Assembly: GCF_009914755.1 (NCBI RefSeq)
Contig: NC_060935.1
DNA from: the human T2T-CHM13v2.0 reference genome, Homo sapiens
DNA length: 64,000 nt
Direction: 5' to 3' (one strand)
Made by a program: the position numbers and the translations under genes. Position 1 is the first letter of the stretch, and every line of letters begins with the position of its first letter. The notes beneath the pieces are model-generated. The model saw only the letters and a program-made list of their open reading frames with translations. It was not told the origin of the DNA and searched no databases. Below, piece after piece: positions 27,733 to 50,398 of the stretch.

Positions 27733-30319
27733 GATACATACCACATTTTCTTCGTCTGTTCATCTGTTGATTAATATTTAGGTTGATTCTTAATCTTGGC
27801 TATTGTGTATAGTGCTGTGATAAACGTGGCGGTGCAGGTATCCCTTTAATATAGTGATTTCCTTTCTTTGAATGAATACCCAGTGGCAGGATCGCTGGAT
27901 ACTATGGTAGTTTTATTTTTAGTGTTCTGTGAGACCTCCACACTGTTTTCCAAAGTAGCTGCGCTAATTTACATTCCCAACTACAGTGTATAAAAGTTTC
28001 CTTTCCTTCACATCCTCACCAGTGCTTGCTTTTTTTTTTTTTTTTGTATTTTTGATGACAGCCCTTCTAACTGGAGTAAGATGACATGTCACTATGGTTT
28101 TGATTTGCATTTTTCTGATGATTACAGATGTTGAACATTTTTTGATAGACATATTGGCCATTTATGTCTCCCTTTGAGAAATCCTATGTCCATTTTCAGT
28201 CAAATTATTTGTTTTTTTGCTGATGAGTTATTTGAGTTCCTCATATATTCTGGATATTAGTCACTTATTGGATAAATAGTATGCAAATATTTTCTCCCAT
28301 TTTACAGGTTGTTTCTCCACTTTGTTGGTTGTTTCTTTTGCTGTGCAGAAGCTTTTTCATTTACTATTAATCCCACTTGTCTATTTTTGTTTTTGTTGTC
28401 TAAGCTTTTGAAGTCTTACCTATAAAATTTTTCCTAGACCAATGTCCTGAAGTGTTTCCCCTATGTTTTATTCTAGTAGTTTTATAGTTTGGGGTCTCAC
28501 ATTTAAGTCATTAATCCCCTTTGATTTGATTTTTTCTAAATGGCAAATGATAGGGGTCTAGCTGTATTTTTGTGCATATGAATATCCAGTTTTCAGAGCA
28601 CCATTTATTGAAGATGGTGTCCTTTCTTTAATATATGCTCTTTTGCTGAAAACCAGTTGGCTATAAATATGTAGATTTATTTCTGGATATTCTGTTCTGT
28701 TCCATTTATCTATGTGTCTGTGTTTATAGCAATGCCATGCTGTTTTTTGTCTACAGTTTTGTAGAATATTTTGAAGTCAGGCAATGTGAAGCATCCGATA
28801 AGGAGATCTATATGCATAGAATCTGGAATCTGAGACCTAACTTGGCTTCTTGGATCTGCCACTTCTCTGATTTCTCAAGAACTTGAAGCTTCAAGTGTCT
28901 CCTGTAAAACCCATATTTTGTGTTCACGTGGTTAGTACTTATCATAACAGGTACCAATTCTATGGTGCCTCATGCTCTCTGAATTTCAAGTATTTCATTA
29001 CTAATTCCCTTTTTAACTGCAAAACACAAGGAAGACTAACTTGCATTCCAGACAGTATGGGGTGGCTAATTTCTTTCTGATTTTGACCCTAAGTTCTATC
29101 AACACCAAAGCATCGTAGGTGCCTTAGAAAGAAGGAAGAAAGATCTTGAGGAATTCACTTTTCCCTACATTGTCTGAATAAGAGTCAAACCGCAAGATTG
29201 TCAGTATTCATTGCTTTTTGCATAAGACTGAGAAGTTGCCCTCATGTTTATTTGATTTTAACTTCCAAAGCTAAGTGGTGCTTCTGTAAGGATATAAGAA
29301 TGGGGTCATGGAGAATTCCAGGATAAAGCAAACTCTACTAAAGAATGGTTGGGTTTTATGCATTTCAAGGGCCTTAATTTTGCTAGACTGAATATCATTT
29401 TCAAGTCTTTTACTTCAAAGGCTGTGAGGCCCTTCTATTAGTTGAAATTCTGGAAAATTACTTCATGAAAATTTAGAGTACTTTGATAAGCTGATATAGC
29501 CTGTTTCCTAGAATCTCACAAAAGTCAAGACCTCAGTTATGCATTTATTTCCTTTATTCTGGTTCTTAAACTCAAGCTACTCATTGCCTAAGGTCAATGG
29601 AAAAGTTAGTAAATATAGGAAAAGGACAATAATAGAGATGAATACATCTTGATATGACAAGAAGAATTAACAAAGCTCATGTTTTGATGATTTCAAGCTA
29701 CTGACTTGGAGTTCAGCCTGTTTTTGCTATAATCTAGTTCAGGGAACAGTGATCTATCATTTCACATTCTTTTTAAACTAGGAAACTTCACACTTTACAG
29801 TAGAGAGTGAGTGGGACCTTGAAGGGTGAGTATTATGTCTATTTGTTAGTAAGAAATGAGGGAGTTTTCTAGTCAAAAGAAACAGCTTAGGGGTATAAAA
29901 ATATACATGATGAACCATCACCAAATAATTGGGAATAGGGCCACTAGCATCAAATGATATAAAATGCACACAGCTATATTCATAACTCAACTCACAAATG
30001 ATTTGCCTTAGTTATAATGTGTGTCATATCTAAACCTAAAACATAATAAAATACACGGTACACTTACTTAACCTTTCATTAGTGCACTTGTATTTTTTTT
30101 TACCTAGTCTATTGATCAAAAAATTTGACATATCTGTGGTGTTATGGTTGGGTGATTAATTATGACCCTGAGGAACTGACAGTCTAATAATCACACTTGT
30201 GCTGTGCCATTTGCAGCATGAGTGCTGCAGAATCCTAGGTAGGAAAGTAGTGACATACCAAGGGCTATTATGTGCAATAACGAAAGGCAGTAGGGTCGTA
30301 GGCCAGCCTTATCTGCATT

Positions 30320-30462
30320 ACTTTGGATCTTGTTAGATTTCAAATTCTTGGATCTGACTCAAGACCTACTAAATCAGAAACTCTAGAAGTGGGACCCAGC
30401 AGTCTGTTTTAACAAGTTCTCCACATAATTTCAATATATGTTTATGTTTGAAAAATTTTATT
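30320..30462. mobile_element. MER5A-like hAT DNA transposon
   Basis: agacctactaaatcagaaactctagaagtgggacccagcagtctgttttaacaag. Confidence 0.75.
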
Positions 30463-32129
30463 CTGGTGATAGGGAATACAGACTTCCTCAATTCAGATAA
30501 TAGCTATGCTATTAACACCTGAGTGACATTAGGCATCTATATAATGATATAATCTATATAACGAGGATAACATTAATATCTGCCTTAGAGGCTTATTATG
30601 GGAATCAAGTGAATCAGCATTTCCTGGTCCCTACTAAGTATCATATTAACACTAGTTCTTGCCTCTAGGGGAAGAAATGGCATGATCCTTTAGTTCTGCC
30701 ACGGCCTCTCTTTTAGATATCTTGAAAGTCTTGCTTTTGTACTGTTTGGCTATTTTCAGTTATACAATGAAAACAACAAATTGTCACCACTTTCCTTTAA
30801 CATTTGAAATAGATTCTCCAATAAGGAGTTGCTTTTTCTGTCCTTAATTGAAAGAAAAATATCCCTTACTTTCTGATACTGAAAAATATACTCATTAAAT
30901 CTGATCTACTCTTACCACAAGCCTCAAGACGCATCTTTCCAGAGTGAATTACAAGAGCCACAGGCAGCAACTATTGCTTTCCAAGCAGCTCAATAATCCA
31001 TCATTCCACCTTTCCTTATTCCACTGCAACTCACCTGGATGCACAGAAATTTCCTCCCAAATTTATTGAAACATTAAAAATTCAGGCTCCAAGCTAAAAT
31101 CCTTGTCTTCATTTTGTTTAATATTTTGAAGAGTCTAACTCTTTGGTATTGATTATCTGAGCAGGCAATCAAAATGCTTAATCAATAACAGTCACTCATG
31201 TGTGACCTGTAGTTCTTCCAGAGCACTAGGTAGTTAAACCCTTTTGACCTTCTCTTTTAATTAATTCTAACCTTTATTAAGAAGAACCTTTCTAGCCTGC
31301 AAGCTGCAAAATTGCAACTTTCAAGAAGGAAGTTTACCCTCTTTTTGTCTTCCTGAAATCAGAGTGAAGCCAAAGGCACAGGAAGCACAGCTGGAATGGG
31401 GACATAGGAACGCGGGGGCTCCCATGAGTTGACCGGACAACTGAGAGATGGCAACCTAGACCTGGGGGTAAGTCACTGTCTAATGTGCTCTACCTCTGCT
31501 ACTTGGCTCAGGGCAGATTACAGGAATGACTAGTTGGTATTGCTTCTGACTTCATTGCTTTTACCCAGAAGCAAATGTCACTGAAACAGGAAAAAATAAT
31601 TTGGGTTCCCATAAGGAGCACCTGTAATTCTACATAGTGTGCACAATTAGAAGTCAAGAAAACTTACTGCCAATAATGAGAATGTATAATTTTTGCCAAG
31701 TTGCTTCTTCCACATGAACCTCAGTTTCTTCATCACTCCAATGACAGGCTCTTTTAGGACAGTCTCTTGGGCCCTCCTTTATTTCTGATTTTCTGTAGTT
31801 ACTTCATCTCTGGGAATCAATTCTCTCACAGCAGAAGTAAATAACAGGGCAAGGTTTGCATAGATCTGGGTACTCTGGAAAAATGCCAATTTCATTCCCT
31901 TATGAATTTTTTCTCAGCACATTACAGATGTTGCACACAGATGACCATATTGACTGCTCTAGTCAATAAAGATATATTCAGGTTTAAAGGGCTGAAAATT
32001 CATCATTACCTATGTTAAATTATTTCATTTGGAGTATTTTCATATAAGTTAGAAGATCAAAATAAAAAATAGCATGGAAGGCATAGCATGTAACTGTATG
32101 TACCACCTAAAATAGATAATAGTATTTTG

Positions 32130-33082
32130 TGAAATTTGCTTTGTCTATTTTTTAAGCAAAAAAGCGTATACATTACAAATGAAGTTGAATTTACTTTCCA
32201 GTTCCATCTCAGCAAACTGCATCCCCATCCCCAAGCAACTATGTTCATAAATTCAATGTGTGTTATTCTAGCCCATTTAAAAATATTTTAGATACATGAA
32301 TATAGCAATGGGTTGATTGAAAGATGAATAGATTGATGAATGCATAAAGATTCCTGATAGGTAAATAAATAGACAAATCCATTTATATAGATTTGTATAT
32401 AGTATTATCTTTAAATTTACATATATATGATAGGTAAATAGACAAACCTATTTATGTAGATTTGTGTCTAGTATTATCTTTAAATTCACATATACATTAT
32501 ATTATGTCTCATTCTTTAAATTACCTATTTTTCTCAACATTTATGTTTTTGAGTCCACCTATGACTCAAAAGAAGTCTAGTTCATTCCTTTTAATTGATA
32601 TGAAGTATTGAATTATACAAATATATCACATTTTATTTTTCCATTCTCCCAGTACTTAGCCACTTGGCCATTTTTAGTATATCACTATTAACACAAAGCT
32701 GCCCCAAATATCCTGAGACAGAAATATTGTATGTGTTAGAAAATTTCTACACTATGTAATCAAGTACAATTGCCATTCATAGAGTTTACAAATTACCAGT
32801 TTAATTAAGTTTTGTGATTATGTGGGAGGCTTAGGCAGGAGAATAGCTTGAACCCAAGAAGAGGTTGCAGTGAGCTGAGATGCCAATCCAGCCTGGGCAA
32901 AAGACCGAGACTCTATCTCAAAACAAAAATGAAAACAAAAAATACATTCTACTGTCAACTTTTGTTTTTGCTTAGCTAATGGATATAAAATAATGGGTCA
33001 TTTTGTATATTTCATTTATGTTTGTCTTATGTTTATAATTCCTAGACTAGTGAAGTTGAACAATTTTTCATATGTTTAATGA
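32130..33082 (-). mobile_element. Old L1M(C/E) 3' fragment
   Basis: ctagttcattccttttaattg...tatcacattttattttccattctcc...gtgaagttgaacaatttttcatatgttta. Confidence 0.6.
32822..32942 (+). mobile_element. 5'-truncated Alu right arm
   Basis: gggaggcttaggcaggagaatagcttgaaccc...ccagcctgggc...gagactctatctc plus A tail. Confidence 0.85.
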
Positions 33083-33870
33083 ATGCTATATTTTGAGTGT
33101 GTCTGTGTTAGTTTGTTCTCACATTGCTATAAATAAATACCTGAGACTGGGTAATTTATAAATAAAAGAGATTTAATTGGCTCATAGTTCTGCAGTCTAT
33201 ACAAGAAGCATGATGCTGGCATCCACTTGGCTTCTGGGGAGGCCTCAGGAAACTTACAGTCATGATGGAGGATGAAAGGGCAGCAGGCACATCACACGGC
33301 CAGAGCAGGAGCAAGAGAGAGAAAGGTAGGGGTTGCTACACATTTTTAAATGAGCAGGTCTCACAATAACACATTATCATTAGGAGAGTACCAAGAGGGA
33401 TGCTGCTAAACCATTCATGAGAAATCTGCCCCCAGAATCCAATCATTTCTCACCAGGCCCCACTTCCAACACTGGGGATTACATTTCAATATGAGATTTG
33501 GGTGGAGACACACATTCAAACTATATCAGTGCCCCTGAAATTTCATGTTAAAATTTAATCCCCAGTTCAATAGTATTAAGAATTTGGTACTCTAGGAGGT
33601 GATTAGATCATGAGAGCTTCCACCTTCATAAATAGATCAGTGCTCCTTCTAATAGGGTTCCAGGGAACTAGCTTGCCCTTTTTTGCCCCTCCATCCCTCT
33701 CACCATGTGTGGAAACTGCAAGAAGTTTTCCTCACCAGACACCAATTCTTCTGGTGCTGTGATATTGGCCTTCCAAGACTCCAGGAATTTGAGAAAATTA
33801 ATTTCTGTTCTTTATACATTACCCAGCCTCAGGTATTTTGTTGTAGCAGTACAATCAAACTAAAATAACA
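33083..33870 (+). mobile_element. Older MST(C/D)-like LTR split by MSTA LTR
   Basis: tgctatattttgagtgtgtc | gtgcccctgaaatttcatgttaaaatttaatcccc...ttacccagcctcaggtattttgttgtagcag. Confidence 0.7.
33105..33528 (-). mobile_element. MSTA-like solo LTR
   Basis: tacctgagactgggtaatttat...ggcctcaggaaacttaca...atgagatttggg...aaactatatca; 5-bp TSD gtgtc/gtgcc. Confidence 0.88.
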
Positions 33871-34040
33871 TTTCAGCATTCTTCTCTATGAATAGTCTTT
33901 TCATAACCCTTGCATTTTTTATTCAAGTGATTTTATTTAATAATTATATATATATATGACTATTTACTTGTTACGAGGTATTCATATTCAAAAAGTTAAT
34001 CCCTGTTAAATTATTTTAGAAAGAGCTACTGTTTTGTTCT

Positions 34041-36456
34041 CTATTAGTCCATTTTCACATTGCTATAAACTACCTGAGACTGGGTAATTTATGAAAAAAA
34101 CAGGGTTTGATGACTCACAGTTCTGCAGGCTTAAAAGGAAGCCTCAGGAAACTTACAATCATGACAGAAGGTGAAGGGGAAGCAAGAATCTTCTCATGAT
34201 GGCAGGAGAGAGAGAGAGTGAAGGGAAAGGTACCACACACTTTTAACACTTTTAAATAACCAGATCTCATGAGAACTCTATAACAAGACAGGACTAGGGG
34301 GATGGTGCTAAACCATTAGAAACAAACTCCATGATCTGCTTACCTCCCACCAGGCTCCACCTCCAACACTAGGTATTACAACTCAACATGAAACTTGGGT
34401 GAGGACAGAGACCCAAACTATATTATTCCACCCCTGACCCCTCCCAAGTCTCATGTCCTTCTCACATTTCAAAATCAATCATGCCTTCCCAACAGTCTCC
34501 TAAAGTCTTAACTCATTCCAGCATTAACATAAAAGTCCAAGTCCAAAGTCTCATCTGAGACAAGATAAATCCCTTCTGCCTATGAGCCTGTAAAATAAAA
34601 AATAAGTTAGTTGGTTCCAAGATATCATGAGGGTACAGGCATTGGGTAAATGCTCCAATTCCAAATGGGAGAAATTGGCCAAAACAAAGGGGATAGAGGC
34701 CCCACAGAAATCCAAAATCCAGCAGGGAAGTTATTATATTTTAAAGCTGCAAAATACTCTCCTTTGACTCCATCTCTCAAATCCAGGATGTACTGATGCA
34801 AAAGATGGGCTTCCAAGCATTGAGGAGCTCCACTCCTTTGGCTCTGCAGGTTACAGCCCCCATAGCTGCTTTCACTGGCTAGCATTGAGTACTTGCAGAT
34901 TTTCAAGGTGCATGATGCAAGCTGTCAGTGGACCTACCATTCTGTGGTCTGGAGGATGTTGGCCCTCTTCTCACAGCTTCACTAGGCAGTGCCCCAAGAG
35001 GGACTCTGTGTGGGAGCTCCAACTCCACATTTTCCCTCTATGCTGTCCTAGTAGGGATTCTCCATGAGAGCTCTGCCTCTGCAGCAGACTTCTCCGGGAT
35101 CATCCAGGCATTTCCATACATCTTCTGAAATCTTGGTGGAGGCTCCCAAGCCTCAACTTTTGCCCTCTGTGCACCTGCAGGCTTAACAACATGTGGAAGC
35201 CATCAAGGCTTCTTATGGCTTGCACCCTCTGGAGCAGAAGCCTGAGACATTTCTGGGGCCCTTTTAGCCACAGCTGAAGCTGGAATAGCTGGGATGCAGG
35301 GCATCATGTCCCCAGGCTGCACATAGCAGCGGGGCCCTGGACCTGGTCCACGAAATCATTTTTCCCTCCTATGCCTCCAGGCCTGTGATTGGAGAGGCTG
35401 TCATGCAGGTCTCTGAAATGTTCCGGAGGTATTTTTTTCCATTGTCTTGGCTATTAACATTTGACTGCTTTTTACTTTTGCAAATTTCTGCAGTCAGCTT
35501 GAATTCTCTAAAAGAAAATGGGTTTCTCTTTCCTCCCACATGGCCAGGCTGCAAATTTTCTAAACTCTTATCCTCTGTGTCACTTTTAAATATAACTTCT
35601 AGTTTCAGATTATCTTTTTACTTATAAATATGAGCATTCACTCTTAGAAGCAGTCAGGCCACATCTTTAACACTTTGCTCCTTATACATTTCTTCTGCCA
35701 GATACCCTAAATTATCTCTCTCAAGTTCAAAGTTTCACAGATTTCTAGAGCAGGAGCACAATGCTGCCAGTCTCTTTGCTAAAGCATAGAAAGAATGACC
35801 TTTACTCTAGTTCCCAATAAGTTTCTCATCTCTATTTGAGACCTCCTCAACCTGGACATTACTGTTCATATCACTATTAGCATTTTGGTCACAACCATTC
35901 AACAAGTTTCCAGGAAGTTCCAAACTTTCCCTCATTTTCCTGTCTTCTTCTGATTCCTCCAAACTGTTCCAACCTCTGCTCATTACCCAGTTCCAAAGTT
36001 GCTTCCACATTTTCAGGTATCTTTGTAGCAATGCCCCACTTCTCTAGTACAAATTTTTTGTACTAGAGAAGTTACATTCTCACAATGTTATAAATACATA
36101 CCTGAGACTGGGTAATTTATAGAGGACAGGGGATTAATTGACTCACAGTTTTGAGGGCTGTACAAGCATCTACTTTTGAGGAGGTCTCAGGAAACTTACA
36201 ATGATGGTGGAAGGGGAAGGAGAAGCAGCCATGCTTTCTACATGGCTGACAAGAGAGAGGGAAGGGGAATGTGCCACACACTTTACAGCAATCAGATCTT
36301 GTCAGAAATCTATCACAAGACAGCACTAGAGGGATCATGCTAAACTATTAGAAACTGACCACATGATCCAATCACCTCCCACCAGGCCCCTCCTCCAACA
36401 CTGGGATTACAATTCAACATGAGATTTGAGTGGGGACACAGAGCCAAACCATATCA
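34041..36456 (-). mobile_element. MST (MaLR) element with LTR-internal-LTR structure
   Basis: LTRs ~34041-34425 and ~36058-36456 (both tacctgagactgggtaattt...caacatga...caaac); MaLR internal with ORF remnant LKMWKQLWNWVMSRGWNSLE. Confidence 0.88.
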
Positions 36457-36464
36457 AATATAAA

Positions 36465-36549
36465 GGGTTTGGTACTATCTGTGCACAGTTTCAGACATCC
36501 ACTGGAGGTCTTGGGAAGTATTTTCTCACAAAGGAGTAGGCTTTTGTAC
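36465..36549. mobile_element. MER2/Tigger-type terminal fragment
   Basis: tttggtactatc...gtttcagacatccactggaggtcttgg. Confidence 0.6.
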
Positions 36550-44110
<7,561 letters not shown>

Positions 44111-44394
44111 AGTAATACATTTTTTAAAATTTATTTTTTTAGTATAATTCTAAATTTTGGAAAGCATACATTCAGGGGGCTCTTACTTTAAATTGTAATC
44201 ATTTATTTTCGGTTCTAGAAATGAACGGAATTGAGACCTATTTTTTTCTATATAAATATTATGAAAAATAGAAAACAATCATTAAGACATTATTTAGCAA
44301 GATTTCACATGCAAAACTATTTGTTGGAGGCAGTTCTCTGAATGTAAAGAGAATAGCAATGGAAGCAGAGTTGAAAAAAGATATAAACTATTTT

Positions 44395-44697
<303 letters not shown>

Positions 44698-44854
44698 AAT
44701 ATAAACTATTTTTAATCACATTATTTGACTCACTGCCTCAAGCCTCTTTACAGTTCTTATTGCAATCAGATTGATAAAACTCTATATTTCCTTATTTTAT
44801 ATAACAAATTTGATTTGCATTTTCTATTATTGACATGAAAAAGAATCCTAACTA

Positions 44855-45225
<371 letters not shown>

Positions 45226-48200
45226 CTAAACTATAACCATTAGAATTGTTTTTCATTCCAGCTTTTCGTAGTCACCAAATCCTACAGCATCTGCCTCTTC
45301 AATGTCTATTTTCTTAATCTCCAGAGTTTCAACCAACCACCACCTTCCTTATTTCGGTTTTCATCATGTGATCGTGATTCATTTTAGTTTTTAAATATTT
45401 TTAATTATTTATCACATATATAATTTTTAATTTTTAATTTCGATGGGTTTTTGAGGAACAGGTGGTGCTTGGTTACATGAATAAGTTCTTTAGTGGTGAT
45501 TTCTGAGATTTTGGTGAACCCATCACCCAAGCAGTGTATGCTGCACCCAATGTGTAGTCTTTTATCCCTCACCTCCCTTAGAGTCCCCAAAGTCCATTGT
45601 ATCATTCTTATGCCTTTGCATCCTCATAGCGTAGCTCTCAATTATGACTGAGAACATACAATGTTTGGTTTTCCACTTCTGAGTTACTTCACTTAGAATA
45701 ATAGTCTCCAATTCCATCCAGGTTGCTGCAAATGCCATTGTTTCATTTCTTTATATTGCTGAGTAATATTAGTCCTTTGTCAATATAGATTGTGAAGATT
45801 TTCTCCCACTCTGTGGGTTGTCTGTTAACTCTGCTGATTACTTCTTTTGCTGTGCAGAAGCTTTTTAGTTTAATTAAGTCCCATCTATTTATCTTTGTTT
45901 TTGTGGCATTTGCTTTTGGCTTCTTGGTTATGACGTATTTGCCTAAAGCAATGTCTAGAAGGGTTTTTCCAATGTTATCTTCTAGAATTTTTACAGTTTC
46001 AGGTCTTAGATTTATGTCTTTCATCCATCTTGAGTTGATTTTTGCATAAGGTGAGAGATGAAAATCGTTTCATTCTTCCACATGTGGTTTGCCAATTATC
46101 CTAGCACTGTTTGTTGAAATAAGGTGTCGTTTCCCCACTTTATGGTTTTATTTACTTTGTTCAAGATCAGTTGGCTGTAAGTATTTGGCTTTATTTCTGG
46201 GTTCTCTATTTTGTTCCATTGGTCTTTGTGCCTATTTTTATCCAAGTACCATGCTGGTTTGGTGATTGTGATTATGGCCTTATACTATAGTTTGAAGTCA
46301 GGTAAAGTGATGCCTCCAGATTTGTTCTTTTTGCTTAGTCTTTTTTTTTTTTTTGGCTGTGCGGGCTCTTTTTTGGTTCCATATGAATTTTAGAATTATT
46401 TTCTTCTAGTTCTGTGAAGAATGATGGTGAAATTTTGATGGGAATTGCATGGACTCTGTAGATTGCTTTTGGCACTATGATTATTTTCACAATATTGATT
46501 TCTACCCATCCATGAGCATAGGATGTGTTTCTATTTGTTTGTGTCATCTGTGATTTCTTTCATCAGTGTTTTGTAGTTTTCCTTGTAGAGGTCTTTCACC
46601 TCTTTTGTTAGGTATATTCCTAAGTTGTTTTTTTTTTTTTTTTCAGCTATTGTAAATGGGGTTGAATTTTTAATTTTATTCTCAGCTTGATCACTGTTGG
46701 TGCTTGGCTGAGCTACTGATTTGTGTACATTAATTTTTTTATCCTAAAATTTTGCTGAATTATTTACCAATTCTAGGAGACTTTTGAATGGGTCTTTAGG
46801 GCTTTCTAGGTATATGATCGTATCATCTGCAAATTGCAACAGTTTTACTTCCTCTTTACTGATTTGGATGCCCTTTATTTCTTTCCCTTGTCTGATTACT
46901 CTTGCTAGGACTTCCAATACTATGTTGAATAGAAGTGATGAAAGTGGGCATTCTTGTCTCGTTCTAGTGCTCAGGGGGAATGCTTTCAACTTTTACTTGT
47001 CCAGTATAATGTTGGATGTGAGCTTGTCATAGATGGCTTTTATTATCTTATATGTCTCCTCCATGCCAATTTTATTGAGGGTTTTAATAATAAAGGTATG
47101 CTGGATTGTGTCAAATGCTTGTTTCTGCATCTATAAAGATGACCATGTGATGATTGTTCTATTTATGTGGTATTTATTCTCTTTATGTGATGTGTATCAC
47201 ATTTATTGACTTGCAAATGTTAAACCATCCCTGCATCCCTGGAATAAAACCCACTTGATCATGGTGGATTATGTTTTTGATATGCTATTGGATTTTGGTT
47301 AGCTAGTATTTTGTTGAGGATTCTTGCATCTACGTTCATCAAGGTCTGTAGTTTTCTTTTTTGTTATGTCCTTCCCTGGTTTTGGTATTAGGGTGATACT
47401 GGCCACATAGAATGATTTAGGGAGGATTCCTTCTTTCTTTATCCTGTGCAATAGTGTCAATAGGATTGGTATCTATTCTTTGAATGTCTGATAAAATTCA
47501 ACTGTATATCCTTCTGGTCCTAGACTTTTTGTTGGCAATTTTTTATTTACTGTTTAAATCTCACTGCTTATTATTGGTCTGTCCAGAGTTTCCAAATCTT
47601 CCTGGTTTAATCTAGGAGGGTTGTATATTTCCAGGAATTTATCCATCTCCTCTAAGTTTTCTAGTTTATGCATGTAAAGGTGTTCATGGTAGCCTTGAAT
47701 AATCTTTTATATTTCTGTAGTACCAGTAGTAATATCTCCTGTTTCATTTTTAATTGAGCTTTTTTTGATCTTCTCTCTTTTCTTGGTTAATCTTGCTAAT
47801 GGTTGATCAATTTTATTTGTCTTTTCAAAGATCCATCTTTTTGTTTCATTTATCTTTAGTATTTTTTTTGTTTCAATTTCATTTAGTTCTGCTCTGATCT
47901 TTGTTATTTCTTTTCTTCTTCTGGGTTTGGGTTTGGATTGTTCTTGTTTCTCCAGTTCCATGAGGCATGACCCTAGATTGCCTATATGTGCTCTTTCAGA
48001 CTTTTTGATTTAGACATTTTAGGCTATGAACTTTTCCTCCTAGTACTGCTTTTGCTGTGTCTCACAGGTTTTGATAAGTTGTGTCACTATTATCATTAAG
48101 TTCAAATAATTTTTAAATTTCCTTGAAATTTAAATTCCAATGAAGTTCCAATGAAATCTTGATATCATTGTTGATCCAACCATTACTTAGAAGCAGGTTA

Positions 48201-49365
48201 TTTAATTTTCATATATTTGCATAGTTTTGAGGGTTCCTTTTGGAGTTGATTTTCAATTTTATTTTACTGTGGTCTAAGAGATTACTTGATATAACCCTGA
48301 TTTTCTTAAATTTACTGAAACTTGTTTTGTGCCCAATCTTGGAGAATGTACCATGTGCTGATAAACACAATGTATATTCTGCAGTTGTTGGGTAGAATGT
48401 TCTGTAAATATCTGTTAAGTCCATTTGTTCTAGGATATAGTTTAAATCCATTGTTTCTTTGTTGACTTTCTGTCTTGATGACCTGTCTAGTGCTGCCAGG
48501 GGAGTATTGAAATCCCCCACTCTTATTATGTTGCTGTCCATCTCATTTCTTAGATTTAGTAGTAACTGTTTCAAAAATATGGGAGCTCAGTGTTAGATAC
48601 GTATTTATTTAGGATTTCTTAGGATTTTTAGGATTCTGATATTTTCCTAATAGACTAGAACTTTTATTGTTATATAATATCACTCTTTGTCTTTTTTAAC
48701 TTTCATTGCTTTAAAGTTCATTTTGTCTGTTATAAGAATAGTGACTCCTGCTTGCCTTTGGTGTCCATTTTCATGGAATATGTTTTTCTACTCCTTTTCC
48801 TTAAGTTTATGTGAGTCCTCATGTGTTAGGTTAGTCTCCTGAAGACAGCAGAAATTTAGTTGGTGAATTATTATACATTCTGCCATTCTGTATCTTTTAA
48901 GTGGAGCATTAAGGCCGTTTACATTCAACCTTAGCATTGAGATGTGAGGTACTATTCTATTCATTGTGCTATTTGTTGCCTGAATATCTTTTTTTCATTG
49001 TGTTATTGTTATATTGGTCCTGTGAGGTTTATGGTTTAAGGAGGTTTTATTTTGGTGTATTCTGAGGATTTGTTTCAAGACTTAGAGTTTCTTTTAGGAG
49101 TTCCTGTAGTGCTGACCAGGTAGTGGTAAATTATCTCAGCATTTGTTTGTCTGTAAAAAACTGAATCTTTCCTTCATTTATAAAACTTACTTTCACTGGA
49201 TACAAAACTCTTGACTGATAATTGTTTTTTTTAAGGAGGCTAAAAATAGGACCCCAATTCCTTCCAGCTTGTAGGGTTTCTGCTGAGAAATCTGCTGTTA
49301 TGCTGATAGGTTTTCATTTATAAGTTACCTGATGCTTTTGCTTCACAGCTCTTAAGAATCTTTCT

Positions 49366-49672
<307 letters not shown>

Positions 49673-50079
49673 AGAATCTTTCCTTCATCTTGCTTTTAGA
49701 TAACCTGATGACTATGTGCCTAGGTGATTATCTTTTTGTGATGCGGTTCCCAGATGTTCTTTGAGCTTCTTATATTTGAATTTGTAGTTCTCTAGCAAGG
49801 CCGGGGAAGTTTTTCTCAATTATTCTTTCAAATAAATTTTCCAGACTTTTCTTTGTCTTGGATGGATTGGGTTAATTTGAAAGCCTTGTCTTTGAGCTCT
49901 GAAGTTTTTCTTTTTTTTGTTTGATTCTATTGCTGAGATTTTCAGTGCATTTTTCAGTTCTCTAAGTGTGTCCTTTCTCAAAATCACAATTTCTAGAAGT
50001 TGTGATTGTTTTTTATTTATGCTATTTCACTGAAGATTTTTTCTCTCATATCTTCATATCCTGTATCATGTTTTTGATT

Positions 50080-50398
50080 TATTTTCTTTCTTTTTCTTTT
50101 TTTATTTTTTTTAAGATGGAGTCTCTCTCTATCACCCAGGCTGGAGTGCAATGGCATGATCTTGGCTCACTGCAGCCTCTGCCTCCTGGGTTCAAGTGAT
50201 TCTTCTGCCTCAGCCTCCTGAATAGCTGGGACTACAGGCGTGCACCCCTACACCCAGCTAATTTTTCTATTTTTGGTAGAGATGGGGTTTCACCATGTTG
50301 GCCAGAATGGTCTCAATCTCTTGAGCTCGTGATCTGCCTGCCTTGGCCTCCCAAAGTGCTAGGATTACAGGCGTGAGCCACCGCCACCATGCCCGGCT
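50080..50398 (-). mobile_element. AluSc-like inside L1PB
   Basis: Antisense dimer with tctcaatctcttgagctcgtgatc. Confidence 0.93.

Noticed and set aside
45755-45785. Several-hundred-bp internal deletion in the L1PB ORF2 C-terminus (gctgagta|atattagtcc)
   Set aside because: Ordinary post-insertion decay; no splice-like or repeat-mediated signature visible.
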